Positions 11,233 to 20,467 of a stretch of 64,000 bases of DNA are shown in pieces. The position numbers and the translations under genes were made by a program. Under the pieces are notes generated by a model. It did not search any database. It saw only the letters and a program-made list of their open reading frames with translations, and had not been told where the DNA came from. Position 1 is the first letter of the stretch; every line of letters begins with the position of its first letter. Origin of the DNA: an uncultured Chroococcidiopsis sp. (lineage in GTDB: Bacteria; Cyanobacteriota; Cyanobacteriia; Cyanobacteriales; Chroococcidiopsidaceae); contig CAXTYC010000001.1 of NCBI GenBank assembly GCA_964248365.1, positions 64,001 through 128,000 of the forward strand, given 5' to 3'.

Positions 11233-12315
11233 ATGGAACAAGACAATCGCTCATTACTTATTAACTCTTCTGATGATAGATTGGCGTTTGAGACTTATCT
11301 GCATGACTTGCATTGCAAATACAAGCCATTGCGCGAGGGTAAACTAGCAAATTGCATTCCAGAATTGGCAAAAGTGAATCCTGACTTATTTAGTATTTGT
11401 GTGATTACAGTAGATGGTCAAGTTTACCAGGTTGGGGATTATAATCACTTATTTACGATTCAGTCTATTTCAAAAGTATTTGTATATGGGATGGCGCTTG
11501 AGGATCACGGGCGCGATTATGTTTTACACAAGGGTTGGTGTGGAACCGACAGGAGATGCTTTCAACGCTATTGTTCTGGATGAAAAATCCAAGCGACCTT
11601 ATAACCCTATGGTTAATGCAGGAGCGATCGCAACTACAAGCTTAATTAAAGGCTATGGTGCAACAGAACGGCTCAACCGTATGCTGGAAATGTTTCAGCG
11701 GTACATTGGTCACGATATTTTCGTTGACATTTCTGTATTGATGATTGAACACTGCTGAAAATATAGGTCAAGCGCTTCGTCGATTTTTTGATCGATCATG
11801 CCAAAATTCAGCATTAGATGTGCCATAGCGCGATTACGATGTCCCGTTGTGCATTCTGACATGGTTAACTGCCATGACTTGGCATTGATGGCGGCTACGC
11901 TTGCTAATAAAGGTATCAATCCAATCACAAAAGAGCAAGCGGTTAAAACCTGTTATATCAAAGATATCTTAAGTGTAATGTATACCTGCGGGATGTATAA
12001 CGAAAGCAGGTGAGTGGGTGTATAAAGTTGGTTTACCAGCCAAAAGCCCTCTAGTCGGCGGTGTGGCTTTGCCTCCCGCCGAACTAGAGCAAGCGTGGCG
12101 TTAGTGGCGGTATTATCGTTGTTGTTCCCAATCAGGGAGGTATCGGCGTATTTTCACCTCTGCTTGATGCGAATGGTAATAGCGTTCGGGGAATTAAGGT
12201 TTGTGAAGAACTTTCGCAAGAGCTAAGGCTGCAATTGTTTAAATGTTCGACAGATACACAGCCAAATTTCTTGTCTCACAAAAACGCTGATGTTAGTCAA
12301 ACAAACCAATACTGA
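11233..12315 (+). pseudogene. glsA: Glutaminase A pseudogene (frameshifts, internal inversion, hairpin insertion)
   Basis: [55 protein letters not shown] are split across frames and one segment lies on the minus strand. Confidence 0.9.
12047..12095. mobile_element. 49-nt hairpin insertion (very small dispersed repeat) inside the glutaminase pseudogene
   Basis: Interrupts PAKS|GVSGG; CTCTAGT-CGGCGG...CCGCCG-A-ACTAGAG followed by CAAGC. Confidence 0.7.
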
Positions 12316-12420
12316 CGTACTACTGGTGACTTTTACCTTAAAATAAGGATTGGCTCAATTAATCCGCTATGGCGAATAGCTAGATTTTTCAGGTAAAGTA
12401 AAATTCTTTCTACATAAATT

Positions 12421-12897
12421 ATGGTTCAGTACACTCTCGCTCAGGCTCCAGAAGTCATTTTGACAGTTTCCGGTAAAGATTCAGCGAAAGCTCGTGACAA
12501 AGCAATGGATCAGCTGATGGAGCAGATAGATGAAGGTAAACTACCTACAGATCTATCAGAAGGATTTAGCCCCGAACAATTGATTGAAGTAAAAGAATCA
12601 ATAACGATGGATAATGCTAGCAATGAGGACGCAATTACCCAAGCAGTACAAGTTCTCAATAATCTTGCCACACTCAAGCTAAAGGTGCAGGAGTCACGCA
12701 CTGAAGCACTGGAAATTCGTAAAGCAGTTGATGTACTGTTTACAGATAAGTCTGTGAGCGATGAGGAAATTACTCGTCTCAAGGAAGGTTTTAAGGTACT
12801 GAAAAACTTTGCTCAGGCTAATGTGCGCTATCAGGAAGCTAAAGCCAAAGCAGAAGAAGCTCGTGCTATCCTCGATCAAGCTTTAAAATCACAGTAA
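12421..12897 (+). CDS. Hypothetical protein (helical C-terminus)
   Basis: 158-aa ORF with ATG start and natural composition. Confidence 0.75.
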   Translation: MVQYTLAQAPEVILTVSGKDSAKARDKAMDQLMEQIDEGKLPTDLSEGFSPEQLIEVKESITMDNASNEDAITQAVQVLNNLATLKLKVQESRTEALEIRKAVDVLFTDKSVSDEEITRLKEGFKVLKNFAQANVRYQEAKAKAEEARAILDQALKSQ

Positions 12898-13119
12898 AAA
12901 GTAAACTCAAGCCGAATTTGGTTAATCAGTACCGAATTAAAGCGATCGCACCGTAGCAACAAAACAAGGGCGATCGCTAAAGACTAGACTAAGAGCAAAT
13001 ATAATTGCTTTGCGCTAAGACACATCGGTTGAATAGAACCATATATAAGTAGATATGGTAAAGAGTAGGGGCGATCTTACTGATGGGGAGGATGGGTACG
13101 CGATCGCCTTCAACCTACA

Positions 13120-13404
13120 TTGTGCCTTCCCCAAGATGTAATTGCCTTCCTTGGCTTAGAACTATTAAAAGAAGTTGATGTAGCTACCGCCACAGGCATT
13201 AGCAAAGCACATATCTTTCAAGATGCTAAAATTTTCCTGCTGGAAAGGGAAGGAACCTTTGAAGGTCTAGAATTACCAGGAGGTAGGGATGCACTATTAG
13301 GCGTGATTCCCCTAGAAGCATTGGGAATTGAATTAGACTTGCAAAATCAAATCTTAAAACTCTTACCCATTAGCCCTAACGATACTTATTTAACTATCCT
13401 TTAA
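13120..13404 (+). pseudogene. 5'-truncated clan AA (retropepsin-like) aspartic protease
   Basis: LCLPQDVI..LGL..V.TATG..LLGVIPLEALG.ELDLQNQ.L match the family; the upstream DTG motif is missing. Confidence 0.6.
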
Positions 13405-13692
13405 CAGTACCCATGTCTGAGCCGACTTAGCTAAATATATCGTGATTTAATCTGACTTAAGCTACTAGAAAAACAGCATCTTCTAAACCGCTCCAATAGG
13501 TGCGTTACGCTTACGCTAACACACCCTACACAAAATATTCATGTAACAGATCTAATAAAATTCCTCTTCCCTTCCTATCTTTGCGCCCTTTGCGCCTAAC
13601 GTCCTTCGGGCTTCGCTTCGCTGGTGCGGTTCGTTAAAACAAAAAAGCCTCTCGACATGAGAGGCTAAAAAGCACACAAACCAAACCAAACC

Positions 13693-16600
13693 TTACAAAG
13701 CCACAGCAACCGCCCCAGCAATCGCCGAACAAATCGCAGACACTAACGCAGTACCAAACAACCACCAAGCAGCTGATGCAGCCGCCTTTCTGGTTTCCTC
13801 TGCTTGGCGCTGCGCTTGCTCCTTCACAGCTTCTAAACGTCGTTGCGCCTCGTGCTGAATCCGCTCTGCCCGTTGCAGGACAGTGTTACGCGCACCCTCA
13901 ATCTGATCGATAATCCGGTTAGCATCCGCCTCGGAAATATCCTCACGGGAACTCAGAACCGCAACCAGAGTATCACGATTGAACGAAGAAAGCCGCGAAC
14001 GTATGGCATCAAATCCCGCCTGCGGATCGTCAAACATTTTGCGGACATCGCGCTTGATGCTGTCATAGTTAAGTTCAGGACGGTCAAGCGAATTAAGGTA
14101 ATGGCGAATTCTGGCAAAAATCCCCTCAATTGTATCTTGAATCCGCCGCTGAATCGCCCGTACTTGTTCCACAAATTGCTCACGGACTGATAAAACTTGA
14201 TCTACAATTCGGGCAGCTTCCTGATCCGAAATATCCTCGCGCAGTTTCAGCAGGGAAATTAAGGTATCGCGGTCGAAATGGGAAAGGCGATCGCTCAAAC
14301 TCTCCACCCCAGCTCGTGGATCGTGCAACAATAGATTCAAATCGCGCTTGATCCCCTCTGGGTTGAGTTCTTCCTTGCCAGTGTAGCGCAGGTATTCTTC
14401 TAGATAAGTTCGGAAATCATTCACTCTTTGCTGTGTCCGACTTGCAAAGCGACGGGGTGCTTTGACAATATCCCGAATTGAAGATTGAAGAGAATCGATT
14501 ACCTGATTAACTTGCTCTTCACTCAAGTCTTGACGTTGACTCAACAACTTCACCAGCGTGTCTCGATCAACTTGAGACAAGCGCCTTCTCAAGGCGGCGG
14601 CTCCCTCTTTCGGGTTAGAAAACAGTTTATTCAAATCCCGCTGGATGCCTTCGGGATTTAACTCTGACTTGCCAGTATTACGCAGATAATCAGCGATCGT
14701 CTGCGTGACAGAATCATACTGCTCCTTAGCTTTATCCGCTACCTTTTGCGGTGCGTGCCGAATGCTACTCCAAGAATCCTCAACAGAAGAGACAATTTGA
14801 TTTACTTGCTCTTCACTCAAATCTTGCCGCTGACTCAACAGTTTTACCAACGTGTCGCGGTCAAAGCGAGACAGTCTCGCCCCAATCGCCCCTGCTCCGG
14901 CTTGCGGATCTTCTAACAGAGTTTTCAGATCAGCTCTGATTCCATCAGGATTTAGTTGCTCTTTACCTGTGTTACGCAGATATGACTCTAAATTCAACCA
15001 CAGGCTTTCTGCTTGATATTTTGCTTGTTCTGCCAGTCCCTGAGACTCTACTACAACTTGATTGCGCTGTTTTTCCAGTTGATCCAAGATAGGATCTACT
15101 TCTTCGGGCGCAATATCATTGCGTTGGAGCAGCACTTGCCTCATTGATTCGCGGTCAAGACTAGCTAGGCGAAGATTGAGAGTATCATGATCTGTGTCTG
15201 GATCTTGAAGCAGTGGTTTGAAATTCTGCTCTATTCCTGGGGCAGTTAATTCTGCCTTACTCGTAACGAGCAAATAACTTTCTACACGACGCTGTAGTTC
15301 TTGTGCCGCCTCTTTTTCCTCAGCTGCTCTGACCTGGGCTAAAACTTCCATGCGGATAGCTTCTAACTGATCAGCAATATTATTGATTTGAGCTTGGGTA
15401 AGAATACCCCGCTGCCCTAGCAGTTGCACAAAATCGTTTCTTGATAGTTGCTCTAGCTGACGGCGTACTATGCCAGGATCGGCTGCGGGATCGTAGAGTA
15501 CATCTCGAAATTCCTGGGCAATTTTGTCCCGACTCATCTGCCAGGAGTAGGTATTGAGCAGGTAGTTTTCCACATCCGCCCGAATGGTGCTATATGGAAC
15601 TTCTGCGGATTTCATACCTGTTTGAGTAGCTACCTTATCCACTTGATCGGTAACTTTGTCTCTAGCGGTTAAGAGCGATCGCAATATCTTTTCTACATCT
15701 AAATCAGATAGATCCGCTCGTCCCATCACCATACCCATTAAGGTGTTGATGCCAGTCTGGAGAGTTTGCTGAACAGGACCTGGCGTAGCTTGTTCGGCTC
15801 CCTTTTGATCGCTAGAGTTAGATGAGCGCATTTCTGCCATCAGCTGATCGAGCTTTTGGTTTAGCTCATCTGTTTTTGTCTGTCCTGGCTGCACAGACTT
15901 GATATAATCGATCAATTCATCCATGCGATCACGCTGCGGCGGAGCTTGCTGATCCACCACTTGCCGCCAAACACTTTCTAGCTGGTCTACGATACGGTTC
16001 ATATCCCGTTTTGATAGATCGGTGCGATTGCCAATCAAATCGATAAACTTCTGCCGATCAATATTACGCAAGTCTTGACTACCAGCAACAGCTTTTAGCT
16101 GCGGATCGTTGAGTAACTTTTCAAATTCACCCCGAATCTTTGATAAATCTAGTTCTGGGGGACGGAGCATTTCCAGGTAATCTTCGATGTTGTCGCGGAT
16201 ACTGGCAGGGTCTACAGCACTTCCTAGTTCGCGGCGCACAGCTGCTGCTGCTGCTTCAGCCGTCGATACCACTTGCTGATTAACAGCTTTAGCTCCCAGT
16301 GCGGCAGTAGCTGTTCCCATGATCGCCTGAAAACCAGAAGTTGCTGCATTGACAACTGAACCGATCAACGAACCTACAGTCGTCGAACTCACCCAAACCA
16401 GCAGCAAAAAGTATGCGCCCCATATCACCAAACCCAGGATCGCTCCTAATCCCACATTCACAGTCAACAAGCTTAGTTGCACTGCTAAAAAACAAGCGAT
16501 CGCTAAGGCGATACTGACAGTTACTAACGTCCAAACCCCTACTGCTGTACCAATTTTGCGAACTGTGCCGCCCACACTGCCCGACTCATGAGTGCCTACA

Positions 16601-16836
16601 TCTGGTTCTGATTGCCGCCCCAAGATCGAAATTCCGGCGGCTACAGATAAGTTGGTTAATACCAATTGGACAGCAAAAGCCAAGATCACGCCCGATATCA
16701 AGGCGACAAAAAATCTTGGACCTGACAATACAAACGCTGCCTCTGCTGGCGTGGTGACTCCGCCATTTGTTGGTATTTGTGCCAACCAGAAGAGTGTTTT
16801 GTACAGTCCCGTGATTGTTTCTGTATTCTGAAACAT
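13693..16836 (-). CDS. Large membrane-anchored protein with ~100-aa helical repeats
   Basis: N-terminal TM helices, repeated YLRxTGKxELNPEGI.RDL..L..DP..G...LS..DRDTLV.LL units, C-terminal TM; start taken at MFQNTE. Confidence 0.8.
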   Translation of the reverse strand: MFQNTETITGLYKTLFWLAQIPTNGGVTTPAEAAFVLSGPRFFVALISGVILAFAVQLVLTNLSVAAGISILGRQSEPDVGTHESGSVGGTVRKIGTAVGVWTLVTVSIALAIACFLAVQLSLLTVNVGLGAILGLVIWGAYFLLLVWVSSTTVGSLIGSVVNAATSGFQAIMGTATAALGAKAVNQQVVSTAEAAAAAVRRELGSAVDPASIRDNIEDYLEMLRPPELDLSKIRGEFEKLLNDPQLKAVAGSQDLRNIDRQKFIDLIGNRTDLSKRDMNRIVDQLESVWRQVVDQQAPPQRDRMDELIDYIKSVQPGQTKTDELNQKLDQLMAEMRSSNSSDQKGAEQATPGPVQQTLQTGINTLMGMVMGRADLSDLDVEKILRSLLTARDKVTDQVDKVATQTGMKSAEVPYSTIRADVENYLLNTYSWQMSRDKIAQEFRDVLYDPAADPGIVRRQLEQLSRNDFVQLLGQRGILTQAQINNIADQLEAIRMEVLAQVRAAEEKEAAQELQRRVESYLLVTSKAELTAPGIEQNFKPLLQDPDTDHDTLNLRLASLDRESMRQVLLQRNDIAPEEVDPILDQLEKQRNQVVVESQGLAEQAKYQAESLWLNLESYLRNTGKEQLNPDGIRADLKTLLEDPQAGAGAIGARLSRFDRDTLVKLLSQRQDLSEEQVNQIVSSVEDSWSSIRHAPQKVADKAKEQYDSVTQTIADYLRNTGKSELNPEGIQRDLNKLFSNPKEGAAALRRRLSQVDRDTLVKLLSQRQDLSEEQVNQVIDSLQSSIRDIVKAPRRFASRTQQRVNDFRTYLEEYLRYTGKEELNPEGIKRDLNLLLHDPRAGVESLSDRLSHFDRDTLISLLKLREDISDQEAARIVDQVLSVREQFVEQVRAIQRRIQDTIEGIFARIRHYLNSLDRPELNYDSIKRDVRKMFDDPQAGFDAIRSRLSSFNRDTLVAVLSSREDISEADANRIIDQIEGARNTVLQRAERIQHEAQRRLEAVKEQAQRQAEETRKAAASAAWWLFGTALVSAICSAIAGAVAVAL

Positions 16837-17259
16837 TGTATTTCCTTCGATTAAGCTGCAATCAGCGCTAATTTTAAGTGTTATGTGAGGAGGAATTCTG
16901 GACTTTAGAATTTTCAACGCAACTACATAGGCTTAGAATCACCGCCCAGGGCTGCTTTAAGCATCCACCTCAGGTCTGAAAACTATGTCTTTTGCAGGAT
17001 GAGATTAAATTTACAAAAGCCAAGGTTTATTGAAAATAGCAGCAAGTAAGTGAATATATATACTTATTTCCAGTTATATCTAATACATTGCTGTAAAAAT
17101 CAAGCTTTTACACTCTCGATTGATAGAATTTCCTCACCTAAAAAGCACTTTGTAATAGTCCATTAGAAGGGGTAGCAGATTATGTCTCCAGACAGAAAGC
17201 AATTTTAAGATTCTTAACTAAATTAAAGATATCGAAGCAATTATTGGTCGGAGCAAAAG

Positions 17260-17469
17260 ATGGAAACCCGCGAAACTCGCCCTACTACTGATTTACCTCC
17301 TGTCGCTACAGAATACAACGGCGTAGATCGCAACGCCTTTTTGTTTGGCTATAATCCCCAAGCTGAATTGTGGAACGGACGCTTGGCAATGATTGGTTTT
17401 CTAGCTTACTTACTTTGGGACATGGCAGGATATAGCGTCCTACGTGATGTATTGCATCTAATTGGCTAA
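17260..17469 (+). CDS. High light inducible protein (HLIP/SCP)
   Basis: AELWNGRLAMIGF chlorophyll-binding motif. Confidence 0.93.
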   Translation: METRETRPTTDLPPVATEYNGVDRNAFLFGYNPQAELWNGRLAMIGFLAYLLWDMAGYSVLRDVLHLIG

Positions 17470-17525
17470 TCAAGAATAAACACCAAAAAAACCAATCTAT
17501 ACAATCTATATAGGAATACAAAACA

Positions 17526-17735
17526 ATGCAATCTCCCGAAACTCGTCCTGCTACCGATGTACCACCTGTTGCTAAAGCTTACAACGGCGTAGACCGCAAT
17601 ACCTTTTTGTTTGGCTGGAATCCCCAAGCTGAACTATGGAACGGACGCTTGGCAATGATTGGTTTTCTAGCCTACTTACTTTGGGATATGGCAGGATACA
17701 GTGTTCTACGTGACCTACTGCACCTGGTTGGATAA
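17526..17735 (+). CDS. High light inducible protein, tandem paralog
   Basis: AELWNGRLAMIGF; near-identical to the upstream copy. Confidence 0.93.
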   Translation: MQSPETRPATDVPPVAKAYNGVDRNTFLFGWNPQAELWNGRLAMIGFLAYLLWDMAGYSVLRDLLHLVG

Positions 17736-17754
17736 GAAATCTCATCTCACAAGC

Positions 17755-17799
17755 AAACTAGCGGTTAGGCGTAAAAGCCATAACCGCTAGTTTGTTTTT
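17755..17799 (+). terminator. Intrinsic terminator after the HLIP pair
   Basis: aaactagcggtta-ggc-loop-gcc-a-taaccgctagttt followed by a T-run. Confidence 0.75.
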
Positions 17800-17809
17800 A
17801 TAGCGGTTC

Positions 17810-17836
17810 TCGTTCCCAAGCTGAGCCTGGGAACGA
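17810..17836. repeat. Palindromic dispersed repeat (also at ~33679-33707 and ~52649-52679)
   Basis: tcgttcccaagctgagcctgggaacga; related copies ctcattcccaggctcagcctgggaatgag and ctcgttctcaggtactcagcctgggaacgag. Confidence 0.75.
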
Positions 17837-17851
17837 AAAACTAGGAAGAGC

Positions 17852-18961
17852 CTAGATTAACTTTGAAAGGCGAAACCAAAACTGTGAACCACCCGCCTGA
17901 CGGTTATTGCAACCAATAGTACCCCCCCAACGTTCTATTGTAATGCGGCAAAAATAAAGTCCTAGACCACTTCTACCTGGTTGATTTTTACCTTGAGAAA
18001 ATTTTTGAAATAAAGTTGCAGCAACTTCTGGCTCTATACCATATCCTTCATCATCAACTGTAAAAAGAATAAATTCTCCTTCTTCTTTGACTCCAACAGT
18101 TACAGTTGAGCTAGGTGGACTGTACCTAAAAGCATTTTCTACTAAGTTAGTAATAACTCTTTCCAAACGTATCTTTTCTCCAACAACTTTCCATTCTCGC
18201 GTTTGGTCAACATTTGATTCTAGCTGCAAATTTTTATGATTTAAAGAAAAAGTTGGTGCTAAAGCGTTCACGACTTCCCTAGCACACAAAAGCGCGTCAG
18301 GAGCTTGCGAGGGATCAACTTCAGAATCTATTGATTCGACTTCAGCCGAAAACGCATCTAATATTTCTCGAATTAATGTTTCTTGTTTCTGACACTGTTT
18401 CTTACCAATTTCCAAATATTCTAAAGCTTTGGGAGATAAATTATTTAAGGTATGTAAAGAAAGAAGCTCAAAACAATATTTAATTGCGGTTAATTGTCCT
18501 GCTAAATCGTGGACTATACAATGAATCAAAATTTCTTTTTTTTGAATTTCTTTAATTAAGTTGTAATAACTTAAACTATTTTCCCTAGCTTTCTGGATTA
18601 AGGTCTGTTTATCTTGAAAATTAGCAATTATTAATAATATTTTTTTATTTTTTAAACTAACTGCTGAAGCTTCCAGGTACAATTCATCTCCTGACTCGTC
18701 AACTTCAATCCATATTCCTGATTTGAGCCTTCCTGTTTCATTTTCCATCCAAAAACTTTCTGCATCAATTAGAAAGTTTTCAAGCACGGGAAATTTTTCT
18801 CCTGGCATAAATTCATCACGCTTGCTATCTGCATCAGGATAAAATTGCCTAAACCAATTTGGCATAGCACCAATTATTTTAAAGTAATTATCATCACATC
18901 GCTCCATAGCTACAGTATCCAAGGCGGCAAATAACTCATCCGTGACAGAAGGGGTAATCAT
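17852..18961 (-). CDS. Cytoplasmic sensor histidine kinase
   Basis: H-box VHDL, N-box NLVENA, G1 DDEGYGI, F-box LFQKF, G2 SGLGL; no TM helix evident. Confidence 0.92.
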   Translation of the reverse strand: MITPSVTDELFAALDTVAMERCDDNYFKIIGAMPNWFRQFYPDADSKRDEFMPGEKFPVLENFLIDAESFWMENETGRLKSGIWIEVDESGDELYLEASAVSLKNKKILLIIANFQDKQTLIQKARENSLSYYNLIKEIQKKEILIHCIVHDLAGQLTAIKYCFELLSLHTLNNLSPKALEYLEIGKKQCQKQETLIREILDAFSAEVESIDSEVDPSQAPDALLCAREVVNALAPTFSLNHKNLQLESNVDQTREWKVVGEKIRLERVITNLVENAFRYSPPSSTVTVGVKEEGEFILFTVDDEGYGIEPEVAATLFQKFSQGKNQPGRSGLGLYFCRITIERWGGTIGCNNRQAGGSQFWFRLSKLI

Positions 18962-19971
18962 TTTACCTGGTAAGAGTATCGTAATGGCTCAATTATTTGT
19001 GTATCTAAAAGAGTACTCGTAGAGAAATATTTTTGCATTTCCCCAAGTTGATTAAATGTATTTTCATCGATTAAAATTTCTCTGGGACGAGCTTGATTTC
19101 CAAGTTGTTCTGCTAACTTGACGTGATGACCAACAGCAATAAGTGTTTTATTGTTTTTACTACCGATTATACCTAACGCAACCCTTCCTGAAGCAATACC
19201 GATTCCCGTCTCGAACGTGCAGCGTTTATCTTTTTGCCAAATACCAACTTCCCCTACTGCTTCAATCATACAGAGTGCTGCTGTAATTGCCCTCTCGCAT
19301 GGTGAGCCAGTTGCAGGTAGAATACCAAATAGAGCGATCGCTACATCTCCACTTATTTTATCTACCATACCACCTTGGTCAAGTACTGACTGAACTATAG
19401 TGGAAAAGTAGGATTTGAGTGCTAGAAAAATCTCCTCTGGCGAGTGGTTATCAATGTAAGAAGTTAATCCGCAGATGCGCGCCAGCAGAATGGTTACATC
19501 CCTGCGTTCTCCTCGTTCTAGTAGACGCAAAAACCCTTGAGATAAGTTTTCTGTGTCATAACGATTAATATACTGATTCAAGCTTCTGGCTTGTTTGTTC
19601 CGAATCAAGCTTAAATCATTACCCTTTTGTTGAACTAAACTGCGCTGGCTTTCAAACAAAGTTGCATCCAGCAATATAACCCAATCTCCTTCCTTTGCAG
19701 AAAAAATATGAACATCAGCGGAAATTCCTGACTCCATTTCTACACAAGGCAGATTTATTGGCGCTCCATTTAAAGGTAATAATCCTGTTAAAAATAATAT
19801 CTGTTGTTCTACATATTCCCCTTGTTGTAAGTTTGTTAATCCATACAAAGTCAAATTACCCCCCCAACGGGATAAGCGCCCATCTTTCATTACTAAAAGA
19901 TATGCTGGAGAACGACTTTCAATTGTAAATGTATGAAGAAAATTAACAACAGGATCAGGGAGGTAAAGCAT
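18958..19971 (-). CDS. Class III adenylate/guanylate cyclase-domain protein, apparently catalytically degenerate
   Basis: GERRDVTIL, GGMVDKISGD, GIGIASG, EILID; first metal Asp and the N/R pair appear substituted. Confidence 0.85.
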   Translation of the reverse strand: MLYLPDPVVNFLHTFTIESRSPAYLLVMKDGRLSRWGGNLTLYGLTNLQQGEYVEQQILFLTGLLPLNGAPINLPCVEMESGISADVHIFSAKEGDWVILLDATLFESQRSLVQQKGNDLSLIRNKQARSLNQYINRYDTENLSQGFLRLLERGERRDVTILLARICGLTSYIDNHSPEEIFLALKSYFSTIVQSVLDQGGMVDKISGDVAIALFGILPATGSPCERAITAALCMIEAVGEVGIWQKDKRCTFETGIGIASGRVALGIIGSKNNKTLIAVGHHVKLAEQLGNQARPREILIDENTFNQLGEMQKYFSTSTLLDTQIIEPLRYSYQVK

Positions 19972-20467
19972 CTATTTCCTCCAGCATTTTCTCGGTTAAG
20001 TTAAGAAAGGCTTGTTCCACACCTAAGCCTGATTTAGCACTGGTTTTAATTACCTGCCAATTTTTTTGAGAAATGTTTTCAAGGGTAGCATCGTCTATTT
20101 CCCATTCATCGCTTAAATCTGATTTATTAAGTATTAAAATAAACGGAATACCAATAGTACTTTCTACTCTTTGTTGAAGAGAAAATGCTTTATCTAAGGT
20201 GTAGCGTCTAGTTCCATCTACTACCAAGAGATAACCAGATGCTCCCCGCATATAAGACATTTGCACTCTTTGAAATTCGTCTTCTCCGTGAATATCCCAC
20301 AAAATCAGGTTTACTTCCACATCTTTTAGCTTGATTACTATCTTATCAATCTTCACCCCTACAGTTGAATGATAAACTTCAGAATAAATGCTTTTAACAA
20401 AACGTGATACTAAACTAGTTTTTCCCGTTGCAAAAGCACCCACCATGCATATTTTTTTTTGAATCAT
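19955..20467 (-). CDS. Ras/Rab-like small GTPase
   Basis: G1 GAFATGKT, G2 STVG, G3 WDIHG, G4 NKSD, G5 SAK in a 170-aa standalone protein. Confidence 0.92.
   Translation of the reverse strand: MIQKKICMVGAFATGKTSLVSRFVKSIYSEVYHSTVGVKIDKIVIKLKDVEVNLILWDIHGEDEFQRVQMSYMRGASGYLLVVDGTRRYTLDKAFSLQQRVESTIGIPFILILNKSDLSDEWEIDDATLENISQKNWQVIKTSAKSGLGVEQAFLNLTEKMLEEIDALPP

Noticed and set aside
11741..11862. Recombinase-driven phase-variation switch
   Set aside because: Only 3-bp inverted ends, no invertase nearby, and re-inversion alone would not restore the gene
11710..11928. Independent 72-aa minus-strand gene
   Set aside because: It is the inverted internal piece of the glutaminase gene plus antisense flanks
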